64,000 bases of DNA from an uncultured Acidobacteriota bacterium (GTDB lineage Bacteria; Acidobacteriota; Thermoanaerobaculia; Multivoradales; JBCCEF01), in contig CAWJJM010000012.1 in assembly GCA_963843275.1 (NCBI GenBank), positions 623,753 to 687,752 on the forward strand, given 5' to 3'. The first letter of the stretch is position 1; each line of letters opens with the position of its first letter. The position numbers were made by a program, and so were the translations under genes. The notes under the pieces are model-generated. The model ran no database searches and was not told where the DNA came from. It worked only from the letters and a program-made list of their open reading frames with translations. This document shows, piece by piece, positions 9,528-19,270 of the stretch.

Positions 9528-11054
9528 ATGACGGGAAGGATCGAGCTCGACGGCGCCTCGCTCACCCTGGAGCAGTTCTCCCGGGTGGCGCTGGCGGGGG
9601 AGCCCTGCGACCTCGCCGCGGCGGCGCGCGAGCGGATGGTCGCCGGCCATCGCGTGGTGCAGGAGGTCCTCGCCGGCGGCGCGGTGATCTACGGCCTCAA
9701 CACCGGCTTCGGCGACCTGTCGCGGGTCCGCATCGCCGCCGACCGGCTGGCGGTGCTCCAGGAGCGCCTGCTGCGCAGCCACGCCGCCGGGGTGGGCGAG
9801 GCGCTGCCCGACACCGCGGTGCGCGGCATGCTGCTGCTGCGCGCCAACACGCTGGCGCGTGGGCACTCGGGGGTGCGGCCGGAGCTCGTCGAACGGCTGC
9901 TGGGACTCCTCGCGACGGACCTGCTGCCGGTGGTGCCGAGCCGCGGCTCGGTCGGCGCGAGCGGCGACCTGGCGCCGCTGGCCCACCTGGCGCTGCCGTT
10001 GATCGGCCGCGGCCGGGTGCGCTGGCGGGGCCGCGAGCTCGCCGCCGCCGAGGCGCTGGCGGAGGCCGGCCTGGAGCCCCTGGTGCTGGGGCCGAAGGAG
10101 GGCCTGGCGCTGATCAACGGCACCCAGGCGATGACCTCGCTGCTCGCCCTGTCCGTCCTCGAGGCGCGGCGGCTGGTGCGGATCGCCGACCTCGTCGGCG
10201 CGCTCTCCACCGACGCCCTGCGCGGCACCGACGCCGCCTTCGACGCGCGGCTCCACCGGCTGCGCCCGCACCCCGGCCAGCTCGCCAGCGCCGGCAACCT
10301 GTGGCGGCTGCTGCAGGGCTCGGAGATCCGCGAGTCGCACCGCACCGGCGACGTGCGGGTGCAGGACCCGTACAGCCTGCGCTGCATGCCGCAGGTCCAC
10401 GGCGCGGTGCGCGACCTGGTGCGCGACGTCGAGGCCAAGCTGGCGGTGGAGATGAACTCGGTGACCGACAACCCGCTGGTCTTCGCCGGCGAGGCGGGCG
10501 GCGAGCTGATCTCCGGCGGCAACTTCCACGGCGAGCCGATGGCGCTGGCGGCGGACGTCCTGGCGCTGGGGCTGGCCGAGCTCGGCGCCATCAGCGAGCG
10601 CCGCACCGAGAAGCTCACCAACACCGCCTTCTCCGGACTGCCGCCCTTCCTGGTGGAGGACGCCGGGCTCAACTCGGGGTTCATGATCGCCCAGGTGACC
10701 GCGGCGGCCCTGGTGAGCGAGAACAAGGGGCTCGCCCACCCCGCCTCGGTCGACTCGATCCCCACCTCGGCGGACAAGGAGGACCACGTGTCGATGGGGA
10801 TGGGCGCGGCCCTGAAGCTCGCCGCCGTGGCCGCCAACGTGCGCACCGTCCTCGCGATCGAGCTGCTCGCGGCGGCGCAGGGGGTGGACCTGTTGCGGCC
10901 GCTGCGCACCAGCGCGCCGCTCGAGGCGCTGCACGCGGCGGTGCGCCAGCGGGTGCCGCGCTGGGACGACGACCGCGAGATGGCCCCCGACCTCGCCGCC
11001 GCCGCCGAGCTGCTCGCCGGCCCTCTCGACCCCCACCTCGAGGCCCTCGCCTGA
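9528..11054 (+). CDS. hutH: histidine ammonia-lyase
   Basis: The MIO-forming Ala-Ser-Gly lies in GSVGASGDLAPLAHL. The Ser-His selectivity pair in LLRSHAAGVG is typical of His rather than Tyr/Phe ammonia-lyases. Full length, 508 aa. Confidence 0.93.
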   Translation: MTGRIELDGASLTLEQFSRVALAGEPCDLAAAARERMVAGHRVVQEVLAGGAVIYGLNTGFGDLSRVRIAADRLAVLQERLLRSHAAGVGEALPDTAVRGMLLLRANTLARGHSGVRPELVERLLGLLATDLLPVVPSRGSVGASGDLAPLAHLALPLIGRGRVRWRGRELAAAEALAEAGLEPLVLGPKEGLALINGTQAMTSLLALSVLEARRLVRIADLVGALSTDALRGTDAAFDARLHRLRPHPGQLASAGNLWRLLQGSEIRESHRTGDVRVQDPYSLRCMPQVHGAVRDLVRDVEAKLAVEMNSVTDNPLVFAGEAGGELISGGNFHGEPMALAADVLALGLAELGAISERRTEKLTNTAFSGLPPFLVEDAGLNSGFMIAQVTAAALVSENKGLAHPASVDSIPTSADKEDHVSMGMGAALKLAAVAANVRTVLAIELLAAAQGVDLLRPLRTSAPLEALHAAVRQRVPRWDDDREMAPDLAAAAELLAGPLDPHLEALA

Positions 11055-11058
11055 GCCG

Positions 11059-12886
11059 ATGCTCCGCCTGGTCGCCTACGCGCCCGACGGCGTGCAGCGC
11101 TTCGCCCTCCACCGCAGCCCGCTGACCCTGGGCAGCGGCCCCGGCTGCGACGTCCACCTGCCGTACCGCGGCGTGGCCCCCGAGCACGCCCGCCTGCGCT
11201 GGGACGGCGCGGCGTTGCACATCGAGGACCTGGGGAGCCGCCGCGGCCTGCTGGTGGCCGGCGAGCGGGTGCGCGAGGCGGACTTCGAGCTCCTCGACGA
11301 GGTGCGCCTGGGAGCGGTCACCCTGCTGGTCGAGGACACGCGGCCGGCGCCGCCGCGGGCGGCGCCGACGCCGGGGCCGCCGCCCGAGCCCGCGGCGGCG
11401 CCGGCCATCGACGCCGAGCGCATGATCCGCCACCTGTCGCGGGTGACCGAGTGGGTGCTCACCGACGTCGACAGCCGCACCACCTCGGAGGCCCTGGTGG
11501 GCGACCTGCTGGCGGACTTCGGCGGCGGCGTGCTGCTGCTGCTCGCGGGCAGCCTGGAAGAGTCCGGGATCAAGCTGCTGGTGGCCAGCCGCGAGGAGTG
11601 GATGGCCCGGGCCGAGCCGCTGGTCGAGCAGACCCGTGCCCACCTCGCGGCGGCGGGCGACGACGCGCCGCCGGCCCGCGCCCGGCCCCGGGATCGCGTT
11701 CGAGGGTCGGCTCGGCGACGAGGCGGCGTGGATCTGCTGCCACTTCTTCGTCGCCGTCGAGCGTCCCTACGTGCAGATCACCGCCCTGCCGCGCTTCCGC
11801 CCCAGCGGCGCGTGGAGCCCCGTCGCCGCCCTGCGCGCCCTCGGCAACCTCATCATCCTCGGCCTGGTGCACCACGTCGGCTGGTACGAGCCGATCCTGC
11901 CGGGCCACCATGGGCGGCAGGACCTGGTCCTCGATCCGGCGGTGGTGGTGGGGGAGTCGAGCGTCATGCGCCGGCTGGTGGCGCAACTGCGGGCGGCGAT
12001 CGAGCCGCCGGTGCACGTCCTGCTGCGCGGCGAGCGAGGCGTCGGCAAGGAGGCGCTGGCGCACTCGCTCCACCTGTCGGGGCCGCGCCGCGACGGGCCG
12101 TGGGTCACCGCGTCCTGCGAGGGCGCCCAGCCGTTCCACGTCGAGGCGGACCTGTTCGGTGCCGAGGTCCCCGGCAAGGGCGGCCCGGTACGCCGGGAGG
12201 GGAAGATCTCGCTGGCCGACGGCGGCACCCTGTATCTCTCCGACGTCGACCGCCTGCCGCTCGAGCTGCAGGCGCGGCTGGTGCGCCTGCTGCGCTCCGG
12301 CGAGGTGGAGCCGGCCGGCAGCCGCCGTGCCGAGCGCGTCGACGTGCGGGTGATCGCGGGCAGCTCCGAACCGCTCGAGGGACTGGTCCGGCGCGACCTG
12401 TTCCGCGTCGACCTCGCCTACCGCCTGTCGCAGTTCTCCTTCGACGTCCCGGCGCTGCGCGAGCGCGGGGAGGACCTGCCGTTGCTGCTGCAGACCTACG
12501 TCAACCGTTTCTGCCACGAGACGGGCAAGCGGATGGCGGGGATCACCGTCAAGGCGATGTCGGCGCTGCTGGCCTACGACTACCCCGGGAACCTGCCGGA
12601 GCTCGAGAACATCGTCCGCCAGCTCGTCCACCTGTGCCCGGCCGGCCGTCCCATCGACCTCGAGGCTCTGCCCGAGAAGGTGCGGCTCGCCACGGTGCGC
12701 TCGGGGACGCGCCTCGAGCCCGGCTCCGACCTCGAGCTCGACCGGCTGGTCGCCGCCACCGAAGAGGCGGCCATCCGCCAGGCGCTCAAGCAGACGCAGG
12801 GCAACAAGTCGCAGGCGGCGCGGCTGCTGGGCCTGTCGCGCAACGGCCTGGCCATGAAGATGGAGCGGCACGGCATCGAGCCCTGA
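11059..12886 (+). CDS. FHA-domain / AAA+ enhancer-binding-protein-like regulator with C-terminal Fis-type HTH; one apparent frameshift near 11681-11690
   Basis: The N-terminal FHA domain (LTLGSGPGCDVHLPYRGVAPEHARLRWDGAALHIEDLGSRRGLLVAGERV) is in the frame of ORF 11059..13050. The central domain, AAA+ module (LLRGERGVGKEALAHSLH) and HTH (GNKSQAARLLGLSRNGLAMKMERHGI) are in ORF 11636..12886. The frames join in the run cccggccccggg. Confidence 0.8.
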
Positions 12887-12902
12887 GCCGGCCGCGGGGT
12901 GC

Positions 12903-13817
12903 TCACCCGCCGTCGTGCCACAGGCTCGCCGCGACCGCGGCGCCGATCATCCCCACGATGACGACGATCGAGGCCCAGGCGGGGATCTCGATCCAGTGGC
13001 CGAGGCCGATCTTGACGGCGGCGAAGGCGAGGACGCCGGCCAGACCGTAGTGCAGGTACTCGATCTCGGCGAGGGTCCGGGCGATCACCAGGTAGAGCGC
13101 GCGCAGGCCGAGGATGGCGAAGGCGTTGGAGGTGTAGATCAGGAACTCCTGGCGGGTGACGGAGAAGGCCGCCGGAACGGAGTCGACGGCGAACAGCAGG
13201 TCGGTGAGCTCGAGGCCGAGCACGGCGATCAGCAGCGGCGTCGCCACCCACCGGCCGTCCTCCTCGGCGAAGAAGCGGGTGCCGTGGATCTCCCGGGTGA
13301 CCGGCAGCCGCTCGGACAGCCAGGCCACCGCCCGGTTCTCCTTCTCGTCGGCGGGGTCCTCGCGGAAGGTGCGCCAGGCGGCCCACAGCAGGATGGCGGA
13401 GAAGACGAACTCCACCCACTCGTAGCGACGCAGGGCCGCGGCCCCGGCGAAGATGAAGGCGCCGCGCAGGACCAGCGCGCCGAGGATCCCCCAGGAGAGC
13501 ACAGTGTGCTGCTCGTCCCGCGGGATGTTGAGGCTCTGGAAGATGATCAGGAAGACGAAGAGGTTGTCGACCGACAGGCTCTTCTCGATCAGGTAGGCGG
13601 AGAGGTATTCGACCGCCGCCCCGCCGCCCCAGCGCCAGGCGATGAAGCCGCCGAAACCGAGGCCGACGGCGATCCAGATGCCGCTCCACAGCAGGGCGAC
13701 GCGGCGCGAGCCGCCGCGCCCGCCCCGGTGGACCCAGAGGTCGAGCGCCAGGAAGGCCCCGAGGAGGGCCGCGAAGAGCGACCACACTCCGGCGGAAGCT
13801 CGGACATCTCCCGGCAT
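12903..13817 (-). CDS. TerC family integral membrane protein
   Basis: Motifs EKSLSVDNLFVFLIIF and LTDLLFAVDSVPAAF are TerC signatures. The start is set at ATG 13817 (MPGDVRAS...). Confidence 0.9.
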   Translation of the reverse strand: MPGDVRASAGVWSLFAALLGAFLALDLWVHRGGRGGSRRVALLWSGIWIAVGLGFGGFIAWRWGGGAAVEYLSAYLIEKSLSVDNLFVFLIIFQSLNIPRDEQHTVLSWGILGALVLRGAFIFAGAAALRRYEWVEFVFSAILLWAAWRTFREDPADEKENRAVAWLSERLPVTREIHGTRFFAEEDGRWVATPLLIAVLGLELTDLLFAVDSVPAAFSVTRQEFLIYTSNAFAILGLRALYLVIARTLAEIEYLHYGLAGVLAFAAVKIGLGHWIEIPAWASIVVIVGMIGAAVAASLWHDGG

Positions 13818-13885
13818 CGTGGCTCGACGACGCAAGGGGTGTGCCGCCCGCGGGGCGGCCGGACCCTCTGCTAGCATCCTCCGCC

Positions 13886-14836
13886 ATGCCCGCCCTGCGG
13901 AAGATCGTCTTCTTCGGAACGCCCGACTTCGCCGTGCCCACCCTCGACGCGCTGGTCGCCGCGGACCGGTCCCCGGTCCTGGTGGTCAGCCAGCCGGCGC
14001 GCCCGGCGGGCCGGGGCAAGGAGCCCCAGGAGCCGCCGGTGGCGGAGCGCTCGCGCGAGCTGGGGATCGAGGTGGTGCAGCCGGAGTCGGTGCGCGACGA
14101 GGCCTTCCTGGGGCGTCTCGGGGAGCTGGCCCCCGACCTCTCGGTGGTGGTGGCCTTCGGCCGCATCTTCCCGCCGCGGCTGCTCGAGCTGCCGCGTCAC
14201 GGCTCGATCAACCTGCACGCTTCGCTGCTGCCGCGCTACCGGGGCGCCGCCCCCATCCAGGCCGCGCTGATCGCCGGCGAGAAGAAGACCGGGGTCACCT
14301 CGATGCGGATGGTCGAGGAGCTCGACGCCGGCCCGATCCTGGAGCAGGAAGAGGTCGACATCAAACCGTACGAGACCGCCGGCGAGCTCGCCGAGCGGCT
14401 GGCGCCGCTCGGCGGCGAGGTGATGGTGCGGACCCTCGAGCGGCTGGAGTCCGGCAAGCTCAAGGAGCGCAAGCAGCGCGAGGAGTCGGCGAGCTACGCC
14501 CCGACCATCGAGAAGGGGGAGGGGCGGGTCAACTGGGCGCTCTCCGCCGAGGAGCTCTACAACCGGTTGCGCGCCTACAGCCCGTGGCCCGGCCTGACCG
14601 CGCACTTCCGCGGCCGTCCGGTGAAGCTGGTCTGGGCGGTGCCGATGAGCTGGGAGGACGCCCCCATCGGCGTCACCGGCACCTTCCTCGGGCTGCGCCA
14701 GGGACGGCTCGCCGTGCTCGCCGGCGACGGCACGATCCTCGGCATCGAGGAGCTGCAGCGCCCGGGGAAGAAGCCGATCCGTTCCTCCGACTTCGCCAAC
14801 GGGGAACGGCTCCGGGTGGGCGAGCGGTTCGCCTGA
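13886..14836 (+). CDS. fmt: methionyl-tRNA formyltransferase
   Basis: MPALRKIVFFGTPDFAVPTLDAL, SINLHASLLPRYRGAAPIQ. The classical fmt-rsmB gene order follows. Confidence 0.95.
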   Translation: MPALRKIVFFGTPDFAVPTLDALVAADRSPVLVVSQPARPAGRGKEPQEPPVAERSRELGIEVVQPESVRDEAFLGRLGELAPDLSVVVAFGRIFPPRLLELPRHGSINLHASLLPRYRGAAPIQAALIAGEKKTGVTSMRMVEELDAGPILEQEEVDIKPYETAGELAERLAPLGGEVMVRTLERLESGKLKERKQREESASYAPTIEKGEGRVNWALSAEELYNRLRAYSPWPGLTAHFRGRPVKLVWAVPMSWEDAPIGVTGTFLGLRQGRLAVLAGDGTILGIEELQRPGKKPIRSSDFANGERLRVGERFA

Positions 14837-14858
14837 CCCGGCCGTTCCGACGCGGACC

Positions 14859-16286
14859 ATGAGCAAGCGCAGGGGAGCCTCCCCGCCGTCCGGCGGGGCC
14901 CGCGGCCGGCGTGCGAGCGCCCGGCGCAGCCGCGGGCGCGACGACGTCCGCACCGCCGCCGCGTGGGTGCTCGAGCAGACCCTCGCCACCCGGGCCCCGG
15001 CAGCCGCTTTCCTCGGCGGCGCCGAGGGGCGCTTCGACGAGCGCGACCGGGGGCTGCTGCGCGAGCTGGTCCACGGCTCGCTGCGCTGGCTGCGCCGTCT
15101 CGACCACGTCATCGACGAAGCCAGCCACCGACGCTTCGCCGACATCGAGCCGGCCCTGCGGGGACCGTTGCGGATCGCCGCCTACCAGCTCCTCTTCCTC
15201 GACCGGGTGCCGGCCCACGCCGCGGTCGACGAGGCGGTGGAGCAGGCGGCGGCGCAGACCCACCGGGGCGGCGCCAGCTTCGTCAACGCGGTGCTGCGCC
15301 GGATCGCCCGCCAGCCGGTGCTCGGCGCCTGGCGGATCGACGAGGCCGACCCGGTCCGCCGGTTGGGCATCGAGATGAGCCACCCCGACTTCCTGGTGCG
15401 GCGCTGGCTCGGGCGCTACGGCGAGGCCCGCACCCGCCGGCTGCTGGCCGCCAACAACCGGAGCAAGCCGCTGCACCTGCTCGCCTTCCGCGACCGCGGC
15501 GGCCGCGAGCTGCTGGCCGAGCGGCTGATCGACGCCGGGGTGGAGGTCGAGCCGTCGGCGCTGTCCCTGCTCGGCCTGGTGGTGCGCGACGGCGACCCCT
15601 TCGCCACGCCGGCCTTCGCCGAGGGCGACCTCTACGTGCAGGACGAGGCCAGCCAGGTGGCGGCGCTGCTGCCGCCGCCGCTGCCCGGGGAGCGGGTGCT
15701 CGACGCCGCGGCGGCCCCCGGGGGCAAGACCTTCGCCCTGCTCGCCTGGGAGCCCACGGTGGCGGCCCTGATGGCGGACGTCGACCCGGCACGGGCGGCG
15801 CGGGTGGCGGCCAATCTGCGCCGGCTGCGTCGCCGGGTGCCGTGCCTGGTGGCGGACGCCGCGCGCCCCGCCGTGCGCGGCGCCTTCGACCGCGTGGTGC
15901 TCGACCTGCCGTGCAGCGGCACCGGGACGCTGCGCAAGCACCCGGAGCTGAAGTGGCGGATCAGCGAGGGGGAGCTGGGGCGGCTGGCCGGGCAGGGGGC
16001 GGCGCTGCTCGCCGGCGCCGCCGGCCTGGTGGCGCCGGGGGGCCTGCTGGTGGCGATCACCTGCTCGCTCGAGCCCGAGGAGAACGCCGACGTGGTGGCC
16101 CGCTTCCTGGCCGGCGGCGCCGACTTCGCGCCCCTGGCCCTCGGCGAGCGGCTGGCGGCGCCGCTGGCCCGCGCGGTGGTCGGGCCCGGGCTCTGGCAGC
16201 TCCTGCCGGGCGGCGACCACGACGGGTTCACGGTGAGCGTCCTGAGCCGTCGCGGGGGGCGCTCCGCCGGCCGCCACGAGGTCTGA
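14859..16286 (+). CDS. rsmB: 16S rRNA (cytosine967-C5)-methyltransferase
   Basis: N-terminal NusB-like domain plus a SAM-binding methyltransferase domain (VLDAAAAPGGKTFALLA, DRVVLDLPCSGTGTLRKHPE). It lies downstream of fmt. Confidence 0.9.
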   Translation: MSKRRGASPPSGGARGRRASARRSRGRDDVRTAAAWVLEQTLATRAPAAAFLGGAEGRFDERDRGLLRELVHGSLRWLRRLDHVIDEASHRRFADIEPALRGPLRIAAYQLLFLDRVPAHAAVDEAVEQAAAQTHRGGASFVNAVLRRIARQPVLGAWRIDEADPVRRLGIEMSHPDFLVRRWLGRYGEARTRRLLAANNRSKPLHLLAFRDRGGRELLAERLIDAGVEVEPSALSLLGLVVRDGDPFATPAFAEGDLYVQDEASQVAALLPPPLPGERVLDAAAAPGGKTFALLAWEPTVAALMADVDPARAARVAANLRRLRRRVPCLVADAARPAVRGAFDRVVLDLPCSGTGTLRKHPELKWRISEGELGRLAGQGAALLAGAAGLVAPGGLLVAITCSLEPEENADVVARFLAGGADFAPLALGERLAAPLARAVVGPGLWQLLPGGDHDGFTVSVLSRRGGRSAGRHEV

Positions 16287-16313
16287 AAAAGCCCGTGGCG
16301 ACGGGATTTTCTC
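16286..16313 (+). terminator. intrinsic terminator after rsmB (possibly bidirectional)
   Basis: AAAAA-gCCCGT-ggcg-ACGGGa-TTTTCT. A short GC stem is flanked by an A run and a T run immediately after the rsmB stop. Confidence 0.5.
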
Positions 16314-16326
16314 ACCTTTTCGTGTG

Positions 16327-16355
16327 TTGACAGCGCGCCGGGATGGGCTTATCGT
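16327..16355 (+). promoter_or_regulatory. sigma-70-type promoter for hup
   Basis: TTGACA (16327-16332), a 17-nt spacer, then TATCGT (16350-16355). It lies about 58 nt upstream of the hup ATG. Confidence 0.55.
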
Positions 16356-16412
16356 TGCGCGGTTCCATGTGGTTGCGTGGATTCGGTTCAAACACTCCAG
16401 AGGAGGAGAGGC

Positions 16413-16703
16413 ATGGCGGGCAAATCCGACATCGTGGACATCGTCGCGGAGCGCGTGGCGGGACTCAACAAGAAGCAGGCGGCCGAGGCCTTCGACGTCA
16501 TTTTCGACTCGATCACCGACCACCTGAAGCGCGGTGAGCGGGTGCAGATCAACAGCTTCGGCAGCTTCTCGCTGTCGTCGCGCGCGGCCCGCAAGGGACG
16601 CAACCCGGCCACCGGTCAGTCGATCAACATCCCGGCGAGCAAGAACGCCCGGTTCAAGCCGGCGAAGGACCTCAAGGACACCCTGAACAAGAAGAAGCGG
16701 TAG
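16413..16703 (+). CDS. hup: HU family nucleoid-associated DNA-binding protein
   Basis: ATG 16413 is preceded by AGGAGG (16401-16406). FGSFSLSSRAARKGRNPATGQSINIPASKNARFKPAKDLK is the HU/IHF beta-arm signature. Confidence 0.95.
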   Translation: MAGKSDIVDIVAERVAGLNKKQAAEAFDVIFDSITDHLKRGERVQINSFGSFSLSSRAARKGRNPATGQSINIPASKNARFKPAKDLKDTLNKKKR

Positions 16704-16796
16704 CTCCCGACCGCGCTTCCCACCTCCGGCCCCGTCGCCGGTCGCCGCGGTCCCGCCGCGGCGGCCCGGACGCACGGGGCCGTGGTGTCTCCGGAC

Positions 16797-17492
16797 CTAC
16801 TCCGGTGGATAGAGGCGGGCCAGCCGGCGCGGCGGCACCCCCAGCGCGAACAGTCCCCAGATCAGCCAGTTGCGGGCCACCGTGCGCAGGATCCCCTGGC
16901 GCAGGTAGCGGCGCGCCGCGGTGGTCACCGGCGGGTCGAGCAGGGCGGTGCGGCCCGAGCGCTTGAGACGGCGCGCCAGGTCGAGGTCCTCGAGGATGGG
17001 CCAGTCGGGGAAGCCGCCGAGGGCGGCGAAGACGTCGCGGCGCACGAACTGGGCCTGGTCGCCGAGGGGCAGCCGGGTCCACCGCGTGCGCAGGTCGACG
17101 AGGCGGCCGCCGAGGCGGAGCAGCGGCCGCGGATCGTCGAAGCGCAGGCGGAAGGCGCCGCCCACCGCGCCGGCGGCCACCGCGGCGCGCACCCGCTCCC
17201 CGGCACCCGGCGCCAGGCGGGTGTCGGCGTGGAGGAAGAGCAGGACGTCGACGTCGCCGGCAGCGGCGGCGCCCCGGTTGAGCTGTGGTCCGCGCCCCGG
17301 GGGCCCGCTGACCCAGCGTGCCCCGGCGCCGGTGGCGACCGCGGCGCCGCCGTCGCGGCTGCCGCCGTCGGAGACGACCACCAGGTCGGCCTCGGCGCCG
17401 AGGGACGGCAGCAGGCGGCGCAGGTTGTCCTCCTCGTCGAGGACGGGGACGACGGCGGCGAGGCGGAGCGGGCGGGGCGGGGTCACATCCAT
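16797..17492 (-). CDS. family-2 glycosyltransferase of the TIGR04283-like type
   Basis: LAAVVPVLDEEDNL, VVVSDGGSRDGG, LLFLHADTRL and LPLGDQAQFVRRDVF..GGFPDWPILEDLDLARRL match that subfamily as I remember it. The subfamily call is tentative; the GT2 fold call is firm. Confidence 0.75.
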   Translation of the reverse strand: MDVTPPRPLRLAAVVPVLDEEDNLRRLLPSLGAEADLVVVSDGGSRDGGAAVATGAGARWVSGPPGRGPQLNRGAAAAGDVDVLLFLHADTRLAPGAGERVRAAVAAGAVGGAFRLRFDDPRPLLRLGGRLVDLRTRWTRLPLGDQAQFVRRDVFAALGGFPDWPILEDLDLARRLKRSGRTALLDPPVTTAARRYLRQGILRTVARNWLIWGLFALGVPPRRLARLYPPE

Positions 17493-17576
17493 CTCCGGGC
17501 GGCGGGGGCGGGCGCCCCGCGAGGCTAGCAGGCCGCCGGCGCTGGCGGGAGGGGCGGCGGGCTATGATCGCGCCCG

Positions 17577-18077
17577 ATGACCGGCTTCAGCCATCTCGAC
17601 GACCGCGGCGGCGCCCACATGGTGGACGTCTCGGCCAAGCCGGTGACCCGGCGGGTGGCGGCCGCTTCGTGCCGGGTCCTGCTGGCGGCGGAGACGCTGG
17701 GACGCCTCGACGCCCTTCCCAAGGGCGACGCCCTGGCGGTGGCGCGGATCGCCGGCATCCAGGCCGCCAAGCGCACCGGCGATCTCGTCCCGCTGGCCCA
17801 CCCCCTGCCGCTCGACCAGGTCGAGGTCGACCTGGCGCCCTTCGACGAGGGGGGAGCGAGCGGCGTGGCGGTGCGCAGCCGGGTGGTGACCACCGGCCGT
17901 ACGGGCGCCGAGATGGAGGCCCTGGTCGCCTGCGCGGCGGCCGCCCTCGCCCTCTACGACATGGTCAAGGCGGTGGAACGCGGGGCGGTGGTGACCGACC
18001 TGCGGCTGGAGGAGAAGAGCGGCGGGGCGAGCGGCGCCTGGAGGCGCGGCCCGGCGCCGCCGGCGGAGCCCGGGTGA
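17577..18077 (+). CDS. moaC: cyclic pyranopterin monophosphate synthase
   Basis: LSHLDDRGGAHMVDVSAKPVTRR, TGDLVPLAHPLPL, TGRTGAEMEAL..AA.LALYDM.KA are canonical MoaC motifs. Confidence 0.95.
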   Translation: MTGFSHLDDRGGAHMVDVSAKPVTRRVAAASCRVLLAAETLGRLDALPKGDALAVARIAGIQAAKRTGDLVPLAHPLPLDQVEVDLAPFDEGGASGVAVRSRVVTTGRTGAEMEALVACAAAALALYDMVKAVERGAVVTDLRLEEKSGGASGAWRRGPAPPAEPG

Positions 18078-19270
18078 GCGGCTGGCGCTCGGGTCTCGAC
18101 GGCCTCCTCGGGGCCGGCCTCGGAGAGCTGTCCGGCAGGCGCTTCGGGCTGCTCGCCCACGGTGCGTCGCTGACCGCGGACCTGGTCCCCGCCCACCTGG
18201 CGCTGGCCGCCGCCGGAACGCCGGCGGCGGCCCTGTTCGGCCCCGAGCACGGCTACTGGGGCGTCGAGCAGGACATGGTGCCGGCGGCCGATGCCCGCGA
18301 CCCCTGGACCGGCGCCCCGATCCGCTCGCTCTACGGCGCCGACGCCGCCTCGCTGCGGCCGGCGCCGGCCGCCTTCGACGGGCTCGACCTGCTGCTGGTC
18401 GACCTGCAGGACGTGGGGGCCCGCTACTACACCTACGCCGCCACCGCGGTGTGGGCCGCGGAGGCGGCGCTGGCCGCCGGCTGCGCCGTGTGGATCCTCG
18501 ACCGTCCCAACCCGCTGGGCGGCGAGCGCGTGGAGGGCAACCTCCGCGAGGCGGCGACGGCGTCGTTCGTCGGCGCCTTCGCCACGCCGGTGCGCCACGG
18601 CCTGACGCTGGGCGAGCTGGTCCGCCTGGAGGCCGCCCGCCGCGGCTGGGACGACGCGGGGCTGCGGGTGTGGCCGGTCACGGGCTGGGAGCCGGCGGCC
18701 GGCTGGGGCGGGGAGCGCCCGTTCGTCGCCCCCTCCCCGAACCTCCCCACCCTGGCGGTCGCCTTCCTCTACCCGGGCGCCTGCCTGGTCGAGGCGACCG
18801 AGCTCTCCGAGGGCCGAGGCACCACCCGCCCCTTCCACCTGGTGGGGGCTCCGGGCCTGGACCCGCGGACCCTCGCCGACCGCCTGCGGGCGCTCCGGCT
18901 GCCGGGGGTCGCGTTCCTCCCCACGTACTTCCGGCCGCAGTTCCAGAAGCACGCCGGCGAGGTCTGCGGCGGCGTCGAGATGGCCGTCACCGATCCTGCG
19001 ACCCTGGCGCCCTTCCGGCTCGGCTGCGAGCTGCTCTTCGCCCTGCGGGCGGCGGCGCCCGGACGCTTCGCCTGGCGGCGGCGTCCCTACGAGTTCGTGG
19101 AGGACGTCCCGGCGGTCGACCTGCTCGCCGGCAGCGACCGGCTGCGGCGGGCGGTCGACGCCGGCGACCGCGAGGCGATGGAATCCTGGATGGCGACCTG
19201 GCCCGCCGACGAGGCGGCGTTCCGTGCCGAGTGCGCGCCGCACCTCCTCTACCCGCGGGGGGGGCGGTGA
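18074..19270 (+). CDS. DUF1343 family protein (NamZ-like exo-beta-N-acetylmuramidase family)
   Basis: GTG 18074 overlaps the moaC stop (GTGA), in the frame of ORF 17318..19270. Motifs: FGPEHGYWGVEQD, LLVDLQDVGARYYTY, ILDRPNPLGG, SPNLPT, LSEGRGTTRPF. Confidence 0.85.
   Translation: MSGWRSGLDGLLGAGLGELSGRRFGLLAHGASLTADLVPAHLALAAAGTPAAALFGPEHGYWGVEQDMVPAADARDPWTGAPIRSLYGADAASLRPAPAAFDGLDLLLVDLQDVGARYYTYAATAVWAAEAALAAGCAVWILDRPNPLGGERVEGNLREAATASFVGAFATPVRHGLTLGELVRLEAARRGWDDAGLRVWPVTGWEPAAGWGGERPFVAPSPNLPTLAVAFLYPGACLVEATELSEGRGTTRPFHLVGAPGLDPRTLADRLRALRLPGVAFLPTYFRPQFQKHAGEVCGGVEMAVTDPATLAPFRLGCELLFALRAAAPGRFAWRRRPYEFVEDVPAVDLLAGSDRLRRAVDAGDREAMESWMATWPADEAAFRAECAPHLLYPRGGR

Noticed and set aside
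13818-13885. A possible yybP-ykoY (Mn) riboswitch upstream of the TerC-family gene.
   Set aside because: Only 68 nt separate the divergent terC-family and fmt starts. I could not recognise the conserved riboswitch helices or loops. A covariance-model scan would be decisive.
16755-16775. The self-complementary CCGCCGCGGCGG between the convergent hup and GT2 genes as a terminator.
   Set aside because: It is a loop-less GC palindrome without a flanking T or A run. Such palindromes arise frequently by chance at this GC content.
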